Origin: the human T2T-CHM13v2.0 reference genome, Homo sapiens
Length of the DNA stretch: 64,000 nucleotides
Strand: one strand, 5' to 3'
Assembly (NCBI RefSeq): GCF_009914755.1
Contig: NC_060940.1
The first letter of the stretch is position 1, and the number at the start of each line of letters is the position of its first letter. A program made the position numbers and the translations under genes. Positions 29,773 to 46,977 of the stretch are shown here, one piece after another. The notes beneath the pieces were generated by a model, which made no database searches, was not told where the DNA came from, and saw nothing but the letters and a program-made list of their open reading frames with translations.

Positions 29773-31229
29773 TGGACCGTCTGCAGCCTGGCTTAGGGGC
29801 TTAGGGTAAGCAACGGGGTGGTGGTGGGATACAGGAGGGTGCAGAGGACGGGGTAGAGTAGGCAACTCACGTTTGCTGGTGAAGGACATGGCAAGGTCCT
29901 GGGGCAGTCGCCCGATGAGGAACCCAGGCCGGGCTGGTCTTTGTCCCTCAACTGGTTCAGCCTCTGGCTCACAGGCTGGGGGGCTCCTTCATGTTGGGGC
30001 GGGGATGAAAACCACGGTTTTACTCAGAAAGAAGCCCCTGGTGGAGCTTCTGAGCATGTGTGTGCCTGACCTCTCTTTGGAATTCAGATTCATTAGATCT
30101 GGCTGGAGCCCAGGAATTTGCATTTTTTAACAAGCGTGTCCTTGCGGGTGATGGGGGCAGGTGGGTGTTAAGAAGGCCGGGGAGCAGAGGTCTTGGGTGC
30201 AGAACCCAGCGGGGAAGTGAGACGACGCCTCTTCCCCTCCCAGAGTCGCCGCTTGGGTTTTCTTTGGTGAAGGGGAGAAGTGGTTTGGATGCCAGTTATT
30301 GGACAGTCAGTCACTTCCCTGCGTGGGAAGGGTCGTCCCCTTTGTGGCACTCCTGAGGGCAGCCTTCCTGCCCCTGGCCAAGGCCCCGCCCGCACTTCCC
30401 TGCACAGGCCTGCCCTGCCTCAGCAGACCCGGGCCCCTGCCATCTTCTCATCACAAGGCCATGTCCACGTCACCCCCAGGCCCCCAACCTGGAGTGCGGC
30501 AGCCTTCAAGGATCCCTCCCCATGACCTCCAGTGAGCTCCGTTCCATTGGGTACTGATCCCATCAAATGACATGTAAGCAGTTCTCTTTCTGCAACCTCG
30601 ATAGACACTAGGCCTCTAGGGGGCAAGGAGCATGCCTTAAACCCTCCGTCACTTGCTTGGCCTTCTGTGTGTTCATTCCACAGCTGCCCTGTGCAGTTGT
30701 GCAGATTACACACTGCCCAAGGACCAAGGACGCAGACCAAAATCCAGGCCACACAGCACACACCATGCCAGGTGTTCTGGAGCAAGGGAGCACCTTTTTC
30801 CAACATACACCGCTGTTTGTAATAATCTGTAATAATAACTAACTCTTCATAGAGCCTTTGTTGTCACCGAGACACACAAAGATAGGAGATGGCCACCCAC
30901 GAGCTGTCCGGTAGATTCTGAGTTGTTTCACCTTGTCATGCTGACCAGATGGCCGGCCAGTGCCATGTCCTGCATTCTCTCCTGCTCCTCAGCCTCACCA
31001 GCTCGTGCAGTCCCCTCGTCCCTGAGCAGGCCAGTGTGGGAGCCCCACCCAGCCTCCCCTGAGAGCAAGCAGTTGGGGAGTGTCTGCCGGGTCCCCGAGC
31101 AGGGAGCAGGGAAGTGCCCGTTCTCAGTGTCAGAGCCGTAGCAGACAGACATGGGAGGGGGCTGCAGGCCTGGAATAATCACGAGAACAGCAAAGCCTGA
31201 TTCAGGCAGACACTGTCCACACATGTGAC

Positions 31230-31400
31230 ATCCAGCATTTCATGGAATCCTTACAGCAGCCCTGGGAGGTTGGCACTGTCATTATCCCCATTTTACAGAA
31301 GGGGAAACTGAGGCATGTAGTGGGTATGTCCCTCACCCAGGGTCTCTCAGCAGAGCTGGACACCAGGCTGCAGATCCAAGCTGAGGTCTCCTGATCACCT
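31230..31400 (-). mobile_element. MIR SINE
   Basis: attatccccattttacagaaggggaaactgaggca. Confidence 0.85.
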
Positions 31401-32279
31401 TGAGCCTGCTCAGAGCTTGAGTAGGAGCCAGGCGTCCCTCCTCACCCTCCTCCTCCCTGTCCCAAGGGTGGCACCAGCCCCCCTGGGCAGCCCGCTCTGC
31501 AGAAGGGCGCCTTTGTGCCCATCTGGCTTGTGCTGGATTTTTTCCTTCCTGAATCCAGCAGCATTTTCTGGATCCTTCTCTTCCACTGGACCTGCTACCA
31601 CCCTCGGAGGGGACGCCGCCCTCCCCAGCCTCCTCCCCCGGCCCCCGCGTGAGCCCTGGTGTCCCATGGGGTCGAATAAAGGGCTGTCGGCCCTGGCAGG
31701 GCAGACTTCCCCACAGGGCTCAGGGCCGGCTTGTGCGCAGTGTGTGGCCACCGCCTGGTAAGGAGGCTGGGCCTCGTCCCCGCCCTTTTCCGCCCGGCCA
31801 GCCGCAGCTGCTGACAGAGCCCAGCTGGGCCCCTGACCCCGGGGAGACCCTCCCTACACTGCCCTCACCCTGTGGGGGTTAGGGGTGAAGGTCAGGCTGG
31901 GGGCAGAGGCCCAGAGGCCAGAGGCCACCTCCCAGGCCTCTCCGTGGGGCCCATAACCTCCTGGTTGTCTGCCTTCCTCCCCATCCCCCCGCCAGCACAA
32001 AACACTCGTCCCTCTCACCACAAAGGGCCCTTATTTCCCTCCTGCTTTTATTAGAGCCGGCTTTGGGTTGACCGGGTCAGGCTATGGGGACTTACATAGA
32101 AATAAGGCAGCCCTGCCCTTGACCCTGGGAGCCCCGTAAAGGAGGCAGAGAGGTGATCAGGAAATCCACCCTCAGCATGGGAGGTGCCGCCCCCCATATT
32201 CCCAGCTACTTGCTGTGCAGCTTTGGGCACATTGCTTAACCTCTCTGGGCTTTGGTTAATTTGTTGTAACTGAAGGTGA

Positions 32280-32923
<644 letters not shown>

Positions 32924-33089
32924 TGAACCACTGGTAAGTGTACAGTTCGGGGGCATTTCACACATTCACGACAGTGCACACCCGTCACCTCTGTGTGGTC
33001 CCAGAACATTCCATTGTCTGTGAAACAGGGACAATGCTAGACATTACCTCTTGTGATGAATAGCTGTGTGTGCACGCAAATTAAATTGC

Positions 33090-34145
<1,056 letters not shown>

Positions 34146-34769
34146 ATGCCTCCCCATGCTTCGAGGCGCCCTCTGTGCAATGGGGATGGCAGCAGTGATG
34201 CCTCCTCCCCGGCCGCTGGTGAAATGAGAAAACACCGGCAAAGACTCCAGAGCATAGCCTGGCTCCCCGCAACAGCCAAGCCAGGTGGCCTGTTCCAGCT
34301 GGCATCTCTCCAGCTGCAGATGAGATCCCCGGGGTCCCTTCTGCCTCCTTCCCTCCACCCCAGAGCAGCCCACTCTTGAAAACCTGATGCTTCCTTTAGA
34401 CTTTCAGGGCATATGGCTCCAGTCAGAGTCCACCTCTGGTTTTGTTTTGCCTGTTTGTAAACCCTGGATAAATGGTCACATGGAACCTGTACCCTCTGGA
34501 GTCTGCGCTTAAAGTGTGAGGTTTACTCTGAGTGACTCGTGCAGGCCCTGCTGGCCCTTGTCCCAGCTGCGTGGTGTTCCATGGGTGACATTTGTTCGTT
34601 CGTGTTCCGTCAATGGAGGGAGGTTGGTTCCAGGTTCTGCTATTACAGATGCTGCCCAGGCTGTTCTTTTGCCTCATGTTGGTGCCTGACAGTTTCTCAA
34701 CAGTGTGGGGCTGAATTTCAGGGTTACAGGCTGGGGTCACATTCAGCCTTCCTGGATCTTGCCAGCACG

Positions 34770-34773
34770 CCTC

Positions 34774-34831
<58 letters not shown>
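34770..34831. repeat. (CT)n microsatellite
   Basis: Direct reading. Confidence 0.92.
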
Positions 34832-34839
<8 letters not shown>

Positions 34840-35062
34840 TCCCTCCCTCCCCACCCCCCACCAAAACCCTAGTCTCTCCATGATCTCTCCAGCATGGGTG
34901 CTTCAGGGTAATTGGGATCCTTGCACAGAAGTCCAGGGACCCCAAGGTGCAAGTCCAAAGAGAGAAGGGGTGGGGATCTCTTGTGAATTGAGGTTAATAA
35001 CAGAATTTACCATTTGAAAGTGTACAGTTTAGTGACATTTTGTACGTTCACAGTATTTTGGG

Positions 35063-35200
35063 TTTTTTAGTTTTTGTTTTTTTACATTTTTGCAGAGACG
35101 GGGTCTCACTATGTTGCCCAGGCTGGTCTCGAACGTCTCACCTCAAACCATCCTCCTGCCTAGGCCTCCCAAGGTTCTAGGATTACAGATGGGAGCTACC
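35063..35200 (-). mobile_element. Alu left monomer (FLAM-like)
   Basis: gagacggggtctcactatgttgcccaggctggtctcgaac. Confidence 0.8.
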
Positions 35201-35916
35201 TCTCCACCAAATCACCTCCTAAAAGCACCACCTCCTAATACCATCACCTCGAGGGTTCGGGTTTCAACCTGAATTTGAGGGAGATACATTCAGTGCATAG
35301 CATCACCCCAAAAGGAAACCCCACACTCACCCAGCGGTTACTCCATGCCCCGCTTCCCAGGGCCTCCGCACACACCGGTCCACCTTCTGCCTGAGGATGG
35401 CCTGTGCTGGGCATTTCCTGGGAATGGAATCCTGCAGTACAAGCTCTTTTGTGGCTTCTCTCACTCGGGACCAGCCTGGGGCGAAACCCTGTCTCTACTA
35501 AAAATACAAACAAATCAGTTTTCAAGGTTCACGCGTGCTGCAGCGCGGGTCAGCACATCAGCCCTTTTATGGCTGAGTGATTATTCCACCGTGCGCGTAG
35601 ACCGCGTCCTTTTTGCCCATCCACCGCCGATGGCCGTTTGGGCTGTCTCCACCTTTCGGCTGCTGTCACGTCCATGCAGAAGGTCTTGTGTGAAGCCTCA
35701 TGGCCTTTTATGACTTAGCCGTGGAAGTTACAGGGCTGTGTCACTTCTGTTGCACTCTCGATGTCAGGAGTGAGCCTGTGCTGGTCTAAGTCAAGGGGAG
35801 GAGAATTAGAGTCCCCTCTTGCTGGGGCTGTCAAAGAATTTGTGGACACGATTCAGGACCATCACAGCAACACTGGTAGAAAACACACATCGATCCTTTT
35901 TCCCATGGACAACTGG

Positions 35917-36062
35917 CTAATTCGTAACTTTTTTTTTTTTTTTGTAGAGATGGGGTCTCTCTGTGTTGCCCAGGCTGATCTGGAACTCCTGGGCTCAAGT
36001 GATCCTCCCACCTTGGCCTCCCAAAGTGCTGGGACTACAGGTGTGAGCCACCGCACCCAGCC
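35917..36062 (-). mobile_element. Alu left monomer (FLAM/AluJ)
   Basis: gaactcctgggctcaagtgatcctcccaccttggcc. Confidence 0.88.
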
Positions 36063-36480
36063 TAACTTGGGACTTTAATGGTCCCTTGCTTTGGGCCCTT
36101 ATTTGTAAAAGGAAGGGCGACCGTCACTGCTGCACTGCAATCCAGCCTTTTGGAGCACCCATCCAGGAAGCCGGCACCACAGCTCTCCTCGGAGCCAGTT
36201 TGGATCAGCTTTGCAGGCTGAGAACCAGGAGGCCGGCTTGGGAAATGTAGGGATGAAAGCTGTTTCAAGGCTGAGGGGGGATGTGGGAGCGGAGAGGAGG
36301 TGATTTCTGAACTGCACAAGGTACGAAAGGCACGCTAGGGAAGGGGACAGCCTGTGCGAACACTGCCCGTCCCTCCCCGTGGCCAGTCTCTAACCACCTC
36401 CCACGCACGGCTCATCATGTGTGAGCACGGACACCCAGGCACAAAGCGGGGTCAGGTAGTTTCATTAAAACAAAACAAAG

Positions 36481-36862
<382 letters not shown>

Positions 36863-37346
36863 CTAACGCTGACTGTGCACCGATTCTTTCAGAGCCTTGG
36901 CTTCCCTCCCTTTCATGTCCTAACTCCTTCCATTCTTACAGAGACCCTGGGAGGAAGGGACTGTCACTTGCTGCATGTAACAGTCGGGGAGACTGAGGCA
37001 TGGGCCAGTCCACAGCTTGCCTGGAGTCTTGCAGTCTGTGAGGGCGGGGGTGGGGTCTGAACCCAGGGGGTCTGTCGGCACGCCCAGGCTGCTCCCCCGG
37101 CGCTTCCCCGGCCAGTGCCCGATCTTTCCTCCTTTGACCTCACTCTGTGCCTGCTGGGTGTGGACTGCATCTTTATTGACTTATGGGGCTTGGGAAGTCC
37201 CAAGCCTTCAGAACAGTGTGGGGCAAGGGGGATTGAGTGGGGAGGTTGGGGGGTGCAGTGATCCCAGTGAATCCTGCTGCCCGCCCTCTACCCGGCCAGG
37301 CTGGCACCCTCCAGGGTTGTCAGGAGACGGCGCTTCCTCTTCCCTC

Positions 37347-37360
37347 CCTCCAGAGGGCGC
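37347..37360 (+). promoter_or_regulatory. Candidate CTCF site
   Basis: CCTCCAGAGGGCGC. Confidence 0.4.
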
Positions 37361-37577
37361 ACTGGAGTTGCTCGGAGCATCTGTACAGAAGCTGGGCCAC
37401 CAGGTCAGTGGGCGTTGAAAATTGGGGCTCACAGGGCCAGAGGCCTCCCTCAGGCCCACCAGTGAAGTGACTCGCCGAAGGGTAGGGGCAGCAGACGAAC
37501 TCCAGAGATAGGAACCTTCTTAGCCAGAGAAGCAAAGCATCTGTAAATCCCTTAGACTTTGATCTGAACCCAGATGA

Positions 37578-37968
<391 letters not shown>

Positions 37969-38244
37969 CTTATCTTTTGAGTTTTATATTTCCTTGTCTC
38001 CCTCTGTTGCTGGGATATGAAATCTCCATCGTGGCCTGCAGAACTTATTTTCAGGGTGCCGTGGAACTTGATTTTAGTCCCTGCGTTCCATATGCAGAAA
38101 TGTGGGGATGAGAGTGGGAAACAGGCCAGTTATCTTGAGCTCAGCTTATTAAGGATTGCCTTCCGTGAAGACAGTTGGAACAGATCACTGAGGGAAAAAT
38201 GTAAAAGGCTGTAATCTCCATTCTCCAGAGAGGCGAGGACACCC

Positions 38245-38400
38245 AGAGCTTCTCAAACTGCAACGTGGGACATGTCCAGATCTTATTAGAAAAGCGGATT
38301 CGAATTCCGCAGTGCGGGGTGGGGCCTGGGACTCTGTATTTCTGATGAGCTCCCTGGTGATGCAATGCTGCTGTTGGTGCAGGGCCCTCTGAGTCTGAGA
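38245..38400. mobile_element. MER5-family relic
   Basis: ttctcaaactg...ggggtggggcctgggactctgtatttct. Confidence 0.65.
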
Positions 38401-38561
38401 GCCTGGCCCCATCCCTCAGCTGCCTCCCTGCCCAGATGTCTCCAAGAGGCAAATTTGACATATCCAAGAAGAAGCGCTTTATCTCCACCTCCTTCTTAAA
38501 CTGGCCACCTTCCTGAGTCACCCGCTGAGCAGGGCTATCACCACTGTTTGCATAGCCCTGA

Positions 38562-39029
<468 letters not shown>

Positions 39030-39802
39030 TAGGCGTTTATGGGTGTTTATGTCTGTGCTGGTGGACGGGCTTTCTCCTTGGTTGGCAAAGGCAGTCTGTG
39101 GCTGTCCCCAGTCACCTGCAGTCGTAGGCACACGGGCCAGCCTGCCTGTCTGGAATGTCCGTCCTCGCTGCTGGAGGACAGGTGTGAGGATGCTTCCTGA
39201 CATTCGTGACCCTGGTTCCTCTGTGGGGCGTGGCCCTCTGGTCAGTGAATATGTGCAGTGAACATGCAGCATGGTGTTAGGTCAGTCAAATCCCATGTCC
39301 GTATGTTTGCACCGTCTTGTCTTTTTCGGGGAAAATACATTTGGGGTTGTCCTGGCAAGTCTAGGCAACATGCTGGCCAAATAATACCTGAGTTGTTAAG
39401 GGGCTTGGTCCTAAATGCGCCAGGTGCTGGATCTGGGATGTTGGAATTCCTGTGTCTATTCAGGAACGGGCCGGTCTGCAGGTGACAGGCTAGTGGTGGC
39501 AGAGCCAGGGGCAGGACCTGGATTTCTGAGTCCTGGGCTGCCTTCTCTATATCCTCTCCAACCCCCCTGCCAGCCTTCACCTGGCCACAGGGGAATCCAG
39601 GGAAGCCACCAAGCCCACTTCTGCCAGTGACCTGCCTGAGGTCGGAGGGAGCGTATCCCTAGCAGGCCTGCCTCTGGGCCTCCAGTGAACTTGTTCTTGC
39701 TTTGAGGATTCAAGCCCAGCATGTCACACCTGAGCCCTCTGCCTACTCCGTTCTCTGCAGAAATTAAGCAGTTTTAACTGCAGACTTAAAAATTGCATTC
39801 TT

Positions 39803-40124
39803 TGGCCAGGCAAGGTCTCTCACACCTATAATCCCAGCACTTTGGAAGGTCAAGGCAGCAAGATTGCTTGAGCCCAGGAGTTCAAGACCAGCCTGGGCAA
39901 CATAGTGGGACTCTGTCTCTATAAAAAATTTTAAAAATAAGAAAAAATTTAGCCAAGTGTGGTGGCATACATAATCACAGCTAATCAGGAGGCAGAGGCA
40001 GGAGGATCGCTTGAGCCTGGGAGGTCGAGGCTTCTGTGAGCTCTGATCCCACCACTGCACTCCAGCCTGGGTGACAGAGTGAGACCCTGTCTCAAAAAAA
40101 AAAAAAAAACAACCCAACAAAAAA
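39803..40124 (+). mobile_element. Alu (AluJ-like)
   Basis: ggaggatcgcttgagcctgggaggtcgagg. Confidence 0.95.
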
Positions 40125-40840
<716 letters not shown>

Positions 40841-42744
40841 CGTCTGCCAGGGTTCCACTTTGGAGCAGCCGCTCTGCACCAGGCATTTTCACCTCCTGCC
40901 TCTTGGCTTCCGCTTCCAGTCTCACGCTGTGTGGATGGTGAGGCAGGATTTACAGTCAAGCCAGTTGGCCCCGACCACCCACCTGGCGTGTGGCTGAACT
41001 GGGACACACTAGGTAGTTGGACTCACGCCCCATACCTTGAACCCGCCAGCCATCCTGCCTCCCAGAATTTGGGGGGAGTGGGGACTGGGGGCTGGAGAAG
41101 GGGAAGACATAGGCAGAGATGCAGTGGGGGTGTGGGATGGCAGCATTCGGCCACAGGGTCCAGTGTGTTCCCTCCTCCAGGGGCCACCTTCCCCCACTAC
41201 ACAGAATTCCCCTGTGGTTGCACCTACCGGCTCTCTAAAGTGGCCCCAAACCTTCCCCAGACCCCCAGGCCTGGTGGGGCGCTCCCTCTCCCATCACATG
41301 GCGCCGTGGTGGTCAGTGTCAGGGCGGTTGCCAAGCCCACTGCAGGCATGTTTATGGTTAAACCTCCCAGGTCGAGCCCGTGTTCCATTTTATGAGCCTT
41401 TTGGGCCCAGGAAAGTGGTGCCCTTGGTGAATGTTTGCTAAGAACCCAGGCAGCTGGCAGGAGCTGCCTTCACTGGGAGACGTGTCGGATTCATGGGGGT
41501 GATTGAGGAAGGCCCTGGAGTGGGTGGTCTCTGGGAGGCGGGTTCCTGGGATGATGGAAGGTTTCCAGGAAACATGATCTCCTGGTAAAAGTCTGCCAGC
41601 AGACACAGGCTCCTGCCCTCACCTGTGCAAGCCACACTTGAGATAAAATCCAGTGGCTGCCGGTTGGTGGATGGCAAGCTGCCCTGCATGGGCACCGGAA
41701 AGAATCCCGCCAAAGGAAAGTTGCTGGGGCCAGTGTGGGACTTCTCTCCCTGCAGGGTTGATTTTTAAACAGGGACAGTGCTTTCTAATGGACATCTGTC
41801 CCTCGTCTCGGCTCTGTTGCCATCTGTGTTTCCTTTGCCTCTGTGCCCTTGAAGCTGGACCCTGTCTCCCTGGGTCCCCTCCCAGGGCAGGGCAGAGGGG
41901 CACCCCCACAGGCAGCAGTCCCCAAGAGGGAGCACCCTCCTTCCAGATGGCCCAGAGGCCCCAGCAGTCAGATCCTGCTGTTTGTCTCACAAGATGAGCA
42001 CAGCCAGGAACCCGTGACCTTGTCCCCATTCTGTCCTTGCATCCTTGGGTTCTGATAGTCAAGCCTTGTCTGGAAATCAGGGTGCAGACCAGCCTGAGCA
42101 GGTCCATGCCCCAGGAAGATGGCCCTGTCCACCCTCATGGGGCACAGCGCTGGAGAACCAGAGAGAACTCTCCAGGCAGGGCTGTTTCCAAACCTCCCTC
42201 CCCGGCTGAGCTGCAGGGCAGCCCTCTGAACAGCTGCTAATGGCCACCCCAGATCTCAAAATCATCCACGTCCAATTTCCCGTCTTCGAATGTCACCTGG
42301 GGAGAGGAGACACAGCCCAGGAAGGGAGCGAGGAAATAAAAGAGAGAGAGAGAGGACTCGAATGCACACTCTAATCTTCGCTTGGCGGTTCAGCTTTCAG
42401 GAGCCCCAATTAATCATTATTAATTTAATCCGGGGTGACTCGGAGTCATCCTGACAGAGATCAGCCACGATTTATCCCACCTGCTAAGGGGCGACCTTAG
42501 CATAATTCAATGAATTCGTCATTGTGTTAAGCAAGGACCCTAATGAATCTCTTGTCGGCCCAGTTTACTGAATGACCATTAGCCACAAATGAGTCACAGC
42601 ACACCGCCCCCCCCGCCCCCACACACACACCGATAGTACTGCTATCAAGGCTCTTCTTGACAGTAGGAGGGGGCTGGGCTCGGGAGGACAGCAGGCGTGA
42701 GAGGTTGTGCTTTCCTGCGCTGATACTGACAGCTCTGAAATGCA

Positions 42745-42910
42745 CGCATGCCTCAGCATCACCAGGGCTGCTGGTTTAAAATGTGGATTGCAGGACCTCA
42801 TCCCCAGAGCCTCTGAATCAAAAGAGCTGATTGGGCCCAGGAATCTGCATTTTCACAAGCACCCCTGGTAATTCTGGTGTAGGGGGCCCAGGCATCTGAA
42901 CCTGAGAACG
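42745..42910. mobile_element. MER5A
   Basis: ggcccaggaatctgcattttcacaagcacccctggtaattctg. Confidence 0.8.
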
Positions 42911-42959
42911 TGATGAGCTCCAGGAGGTCAATTCTTGGCCTTGGCCTTGTCGAGGTGCG

Positions 42960-43270
42960 GTGTGCTGGGCAGGGTGGGTGAGGTCAGCGGCTGTCACAAG
43001 TAACCCTGCGTCTTCAGTGGCGTGATGCAGCCGAAGCGCATTCTCCTTCAATCGGGTCCAACGGGGTGCTCAGTGGGTCTTCCACAAGGTGACTCGGGGT
43101 CCGGTTTCCCGGAGCCTCGGCCTCCCCACTGCTAGTGATGAGCAGAGGATGGCACAGAGGTGACGTCACCTCGACCTACATTGCGCTGACTGGAGCCAGT
43201 CCTGTGGCCCCCGCCTGCAGCGAGGGGGTGAAAATGTTGCTTAGCCATGTGTCCAGAGCGAGGAAACGGG
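42960..43270 (-). mobile_element. Ancient MLT1 (J/K-like) LTR relic
   Basis: gctgtcacaagtaaccc..tcttcagtgg...gtgactcgggg...cacctc..cacatt...ccatgtgtccag. Confidence 0.5.
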
Positions 43271-43559
43271 TTTAGTGACCATCCCTCTGGCCGTTGTTGC
43301 CCAGCCCGGAGGCCTAGTGGGGTGCCCGGCATTGAGGACAGGTGGCCAAGCAACGGGAAGCGGAGGCGGAGTTTTCCATGGGACCCACTGCCCTGCTTGC
43401 CGCGGTCACTCTGGTTGGGTTCCTATCTGGGGCTCCAGGATATGCCCCAGCCCCAGTCATGCTGAGGTCAGGGCACACCCTGGAAGTGAGGGTCTATGAC
43501 CCCTCGGTGGGGAGTCCCGACCCAGATGTTTCCAGAAAGGAGGTCTGTGGTTTCCCACC

Positions 43560-44110
43560 TGTCGGTCTGACGGTGCCGCGCATCCCCTCCTCCTGCAGGA
43601 AGCCCTCCCAGCCACCAGAGGGCGCCGCACCCCCGCCGCTGTCCGCCGCTTGCTGAGCGCTTGCTGTGAGCCCGGGGCCGCTGGACTCGCTCATTGGACC
43701 TTCCCGACAACTGAGGGTGGCAGGTTCTATTGTGACTCCCATTTTGTTGACAGGAAGACTGAGTCTCAGAGAGGTAAACGGGGCTGCCCGAGGCCGCACA
43801 GCTGGCCAGCTGCAGACCAGGTTAGGAAACACGGCGGTGCGGGCAGGAGCCGGGCGCTGGGGCCACAGGCACCGGCCGCCGCCTCCCGAGTTCTGGGGGC
43901 ACCTGGGAAAGCGGCTGCGGCCTGGCCCTGCCTCAGTTTCCTCACGAGTGAAACGAGGGTGAACACAGGCCCTGGCCTGGCGGGGTTGCGAGGGTTGCAT
44001 GGGAGAAGGCTGGGAATCGCCTGGCAGTGCCGCTGCCCCCAGGGTTGTCCCGGGGACGCCCCGGCCATTGGTGCTGCTCTCGGCTGCCGGCCTCCTGCCT
44101 CTGGGCTGCT
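43560..44110. promoter_or_regulatory. CpG-island-like segment containing MIR fragments
   Basis: High CG density by eye; not computed. Confidence 0.4.
43612..43625 (+). promoter_or_regulatory. Candidate CTCF site
   Basis: CCACCAGAGGGCGC, perfect core. Confidence 0.6.
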
Positions 44111-45436
44111 TGCGAAGACAGCGGAGACAATGAGAACAGGACCCCAGTGGTCTAGGGCAGGAGAAGGTTCCAGAAGCGAGGCCCAGATAAGAGGAGACAG
44201 CAGAAAAAGCCGCAGGACAGAGCCCCTTGGCCTCCTGAGGTCCCTGGTGTGTCTCTCCATGGTTAGGGAACAGAATCGCTGCCCAGTGGCCTTTCTGCAC
44301 CGCATCCCATTGCCAGGGAATACAGAGCAAACGGGCCCCAGAGACATAGCCAGCCGTCCTGCTTTATGCCGGGAAACTGAGTCCCAGGAAAAGGAAGGGA
44401 TCGATCACTCGGCTGCGTGGTGGAGAGCTGGGAGTAGCCCCCTGGCATGGTGTCTTTACTGACCTCCTGCCCTTTTCTTCTCCTGGCTACAGCCAGGTGG
44501 GGAGAGGCCCTCGGTGGGGCCGGGGCTCTCTAGCAGAGGGGCTGGGTGCCTGCATTCTGTGGGGGCTGGGCCCCAGCTGACTCCTGGGCATTGTGGGTGA
44601 GGCAGGGTAGCCCGCCCGCCAGGGGCAGTGCCCTCAGCTCTGTGGAGCTCAGGCTCTCCCATGCCAGGAGAAGCACCCAACGTGTAGCTTCAGAAAGGAA
44701 AGGGAAGTGGGGAGCTTTTGAGATTGAAAAGCTGCATGGCAGCTGCCAAGCCGGGGGCGGGGGGGGGGGGCATCCCTTTTGCCTTGAGTCCACCACCAAA
44801 CCTGGTGTCAGCTGAGAACGTGAAAAGCCACCTGTTGGCAGCTGGGCCGTGATGTTCCTGCCTGAACATAAATAACACCTGCAGAAGATGGCAGAGACAG
44901 GCCAGGGCCCTCTCGACTTCAATGGGGATAAGACAGCGACCAGGCCGCTCTGCAGCCACAGAATGACTCAATGTCCCCCTCTTTCAACCAGCGTTGTTCA
45001 TTGCTGTTCCTTTACCTGTGACAACTCTAACCTTGCTTTAACCTTTTGAGCCCCTAAAAAAAATGAAGATAGCCCAGCACTGAGTGACCCCTGCTTCCTG
45101 ACTGTCCAACCCAGTGTGGGACCCACTTCCACACCCTTCTCAGGCCCGCCCAACACAAGCCCACATCCTGTTAGGAGCCCATCCAGCCCAGCTCAACTCC
45201 TTATGAGAGGCCCTCCCATTCCCCTAGGGCACATGCCATCCTGGGCCGCAGCTTGTCCTGGTGGGCTCTGCCCTAGGCAAGCAGCTCCCTGGGCCATCTC
45301 CAGATTCCCCACCCCCATGACTGGAGCAGGGTCTACACGTGAGAATCACCTGGAGAGCTCTCCACAAAATACTGATGTCCTGGCCTCGTTCCAGTCCGCG
45401 AAGCTAGAATCTCTGACGATGGACCCTGGGCATCAG

Positions 45437-45932
<496 letters not shown>

Positions 45933-45962
45933 AGCATCAGTATTTTTTAAAGTTCCCCTGGT

Positions 45963-46268
45963 GGACCGCACATGGTGTCTCACACTTGTAGTCCCAGAAC
46001 TTTGGGAAGCTAAGGCAAGAGGATCACTTGAGGCCGGGAGTTCGAGACCAGCCTGGCCAACATGGTGAAACACCGTCTCTACTAAAAATACAAAAATTAG
46101 CCGGATGGTAGTGGTGCGTGCCTGTAATGCTAGCTACTCAGCAGGCTGAGGCGGGAGAATCACTTGAGCCTGGGAGGTGGAGGTTGCAGTGAGCCTAGAT
46201 CGTGCCACTGCACTCCAGTCTGGGTGACAGAGTGAGACCCTGTCTGAAAAAATAGAAAAATAAATGAA
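45963..46268 (+). mobile_element. Alu
   Basis: Forward Alu; TSD taaag(t/g)tcccctgg. Confidence 0.95.
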
Positions 46269-46381
46269 TAAAGGTCCCCTGGTGATTTGGTTGCAGCCAG
46301 GGTTAGGAACTCCTGCTCTAGAAAGAGAGAACCTTCCTCCAAGAATGTATTGGTCTCCAGTTTCCCTAAAGAACAGTCCAG

Positions 46382-46481
46382 CCCTGGCTGTGCTCCTAGC
46401 CAGCCTCATTTCCTAATCCTCCTAGCTCAGGAAGGAGGCTGGCTGGGTCACGTTGACACTCTGGCATGTGGACCTGGCGGG
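46382..46481 (-). ncRNA. MIR5093: MIR5093 precursor hairpin (mature sequence at 46392-46414)
   Basis: Reverse complement of 46392-46414 is AGGAAAUGAGGCUGGCUAGGAGC, as I recall hsa-miR-5093; inverted arms at 46395-46414 and 46429-46447. Confidence 0.85.
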
Positions 46482-46701
46482 TCAGGTCTGCGTGAGTGCA
46501 GGAGGCCACGGTGCCTGAGCGGCAGTTGAGGGAAGTGGGGCTGCGTCATCACAGGGGCGTGGTCACATGGTCGTTGCTTCTGTTGTGAGTTGTGCTGAGA
46601 GTAAGTAGAGTTTTTCCGGTCAGAGCCAAGGGCTCCCCTCAGACTGTGGGTAGGAGTTGCAGGAGAAAGGCTTTGAGTCAGTAGGGGAAATAACTTTCTA
46701 G

Positions 46702-46977
<276 letters not shown>

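Noticed and set aside
39270-39385. Possible hAT-Blackjack (MER81/MER94-like) relic
   Set aside because: Similarity too weak to call by eye
43494-44462. Overlapping 278-aa and 270-aa ORFs on opposite strands
   Set aside because: Stop-poor GC/CpG-rich DNA containing MIR fragments; Pro/Ala/Gly/Arg-biased, no recognisable domain
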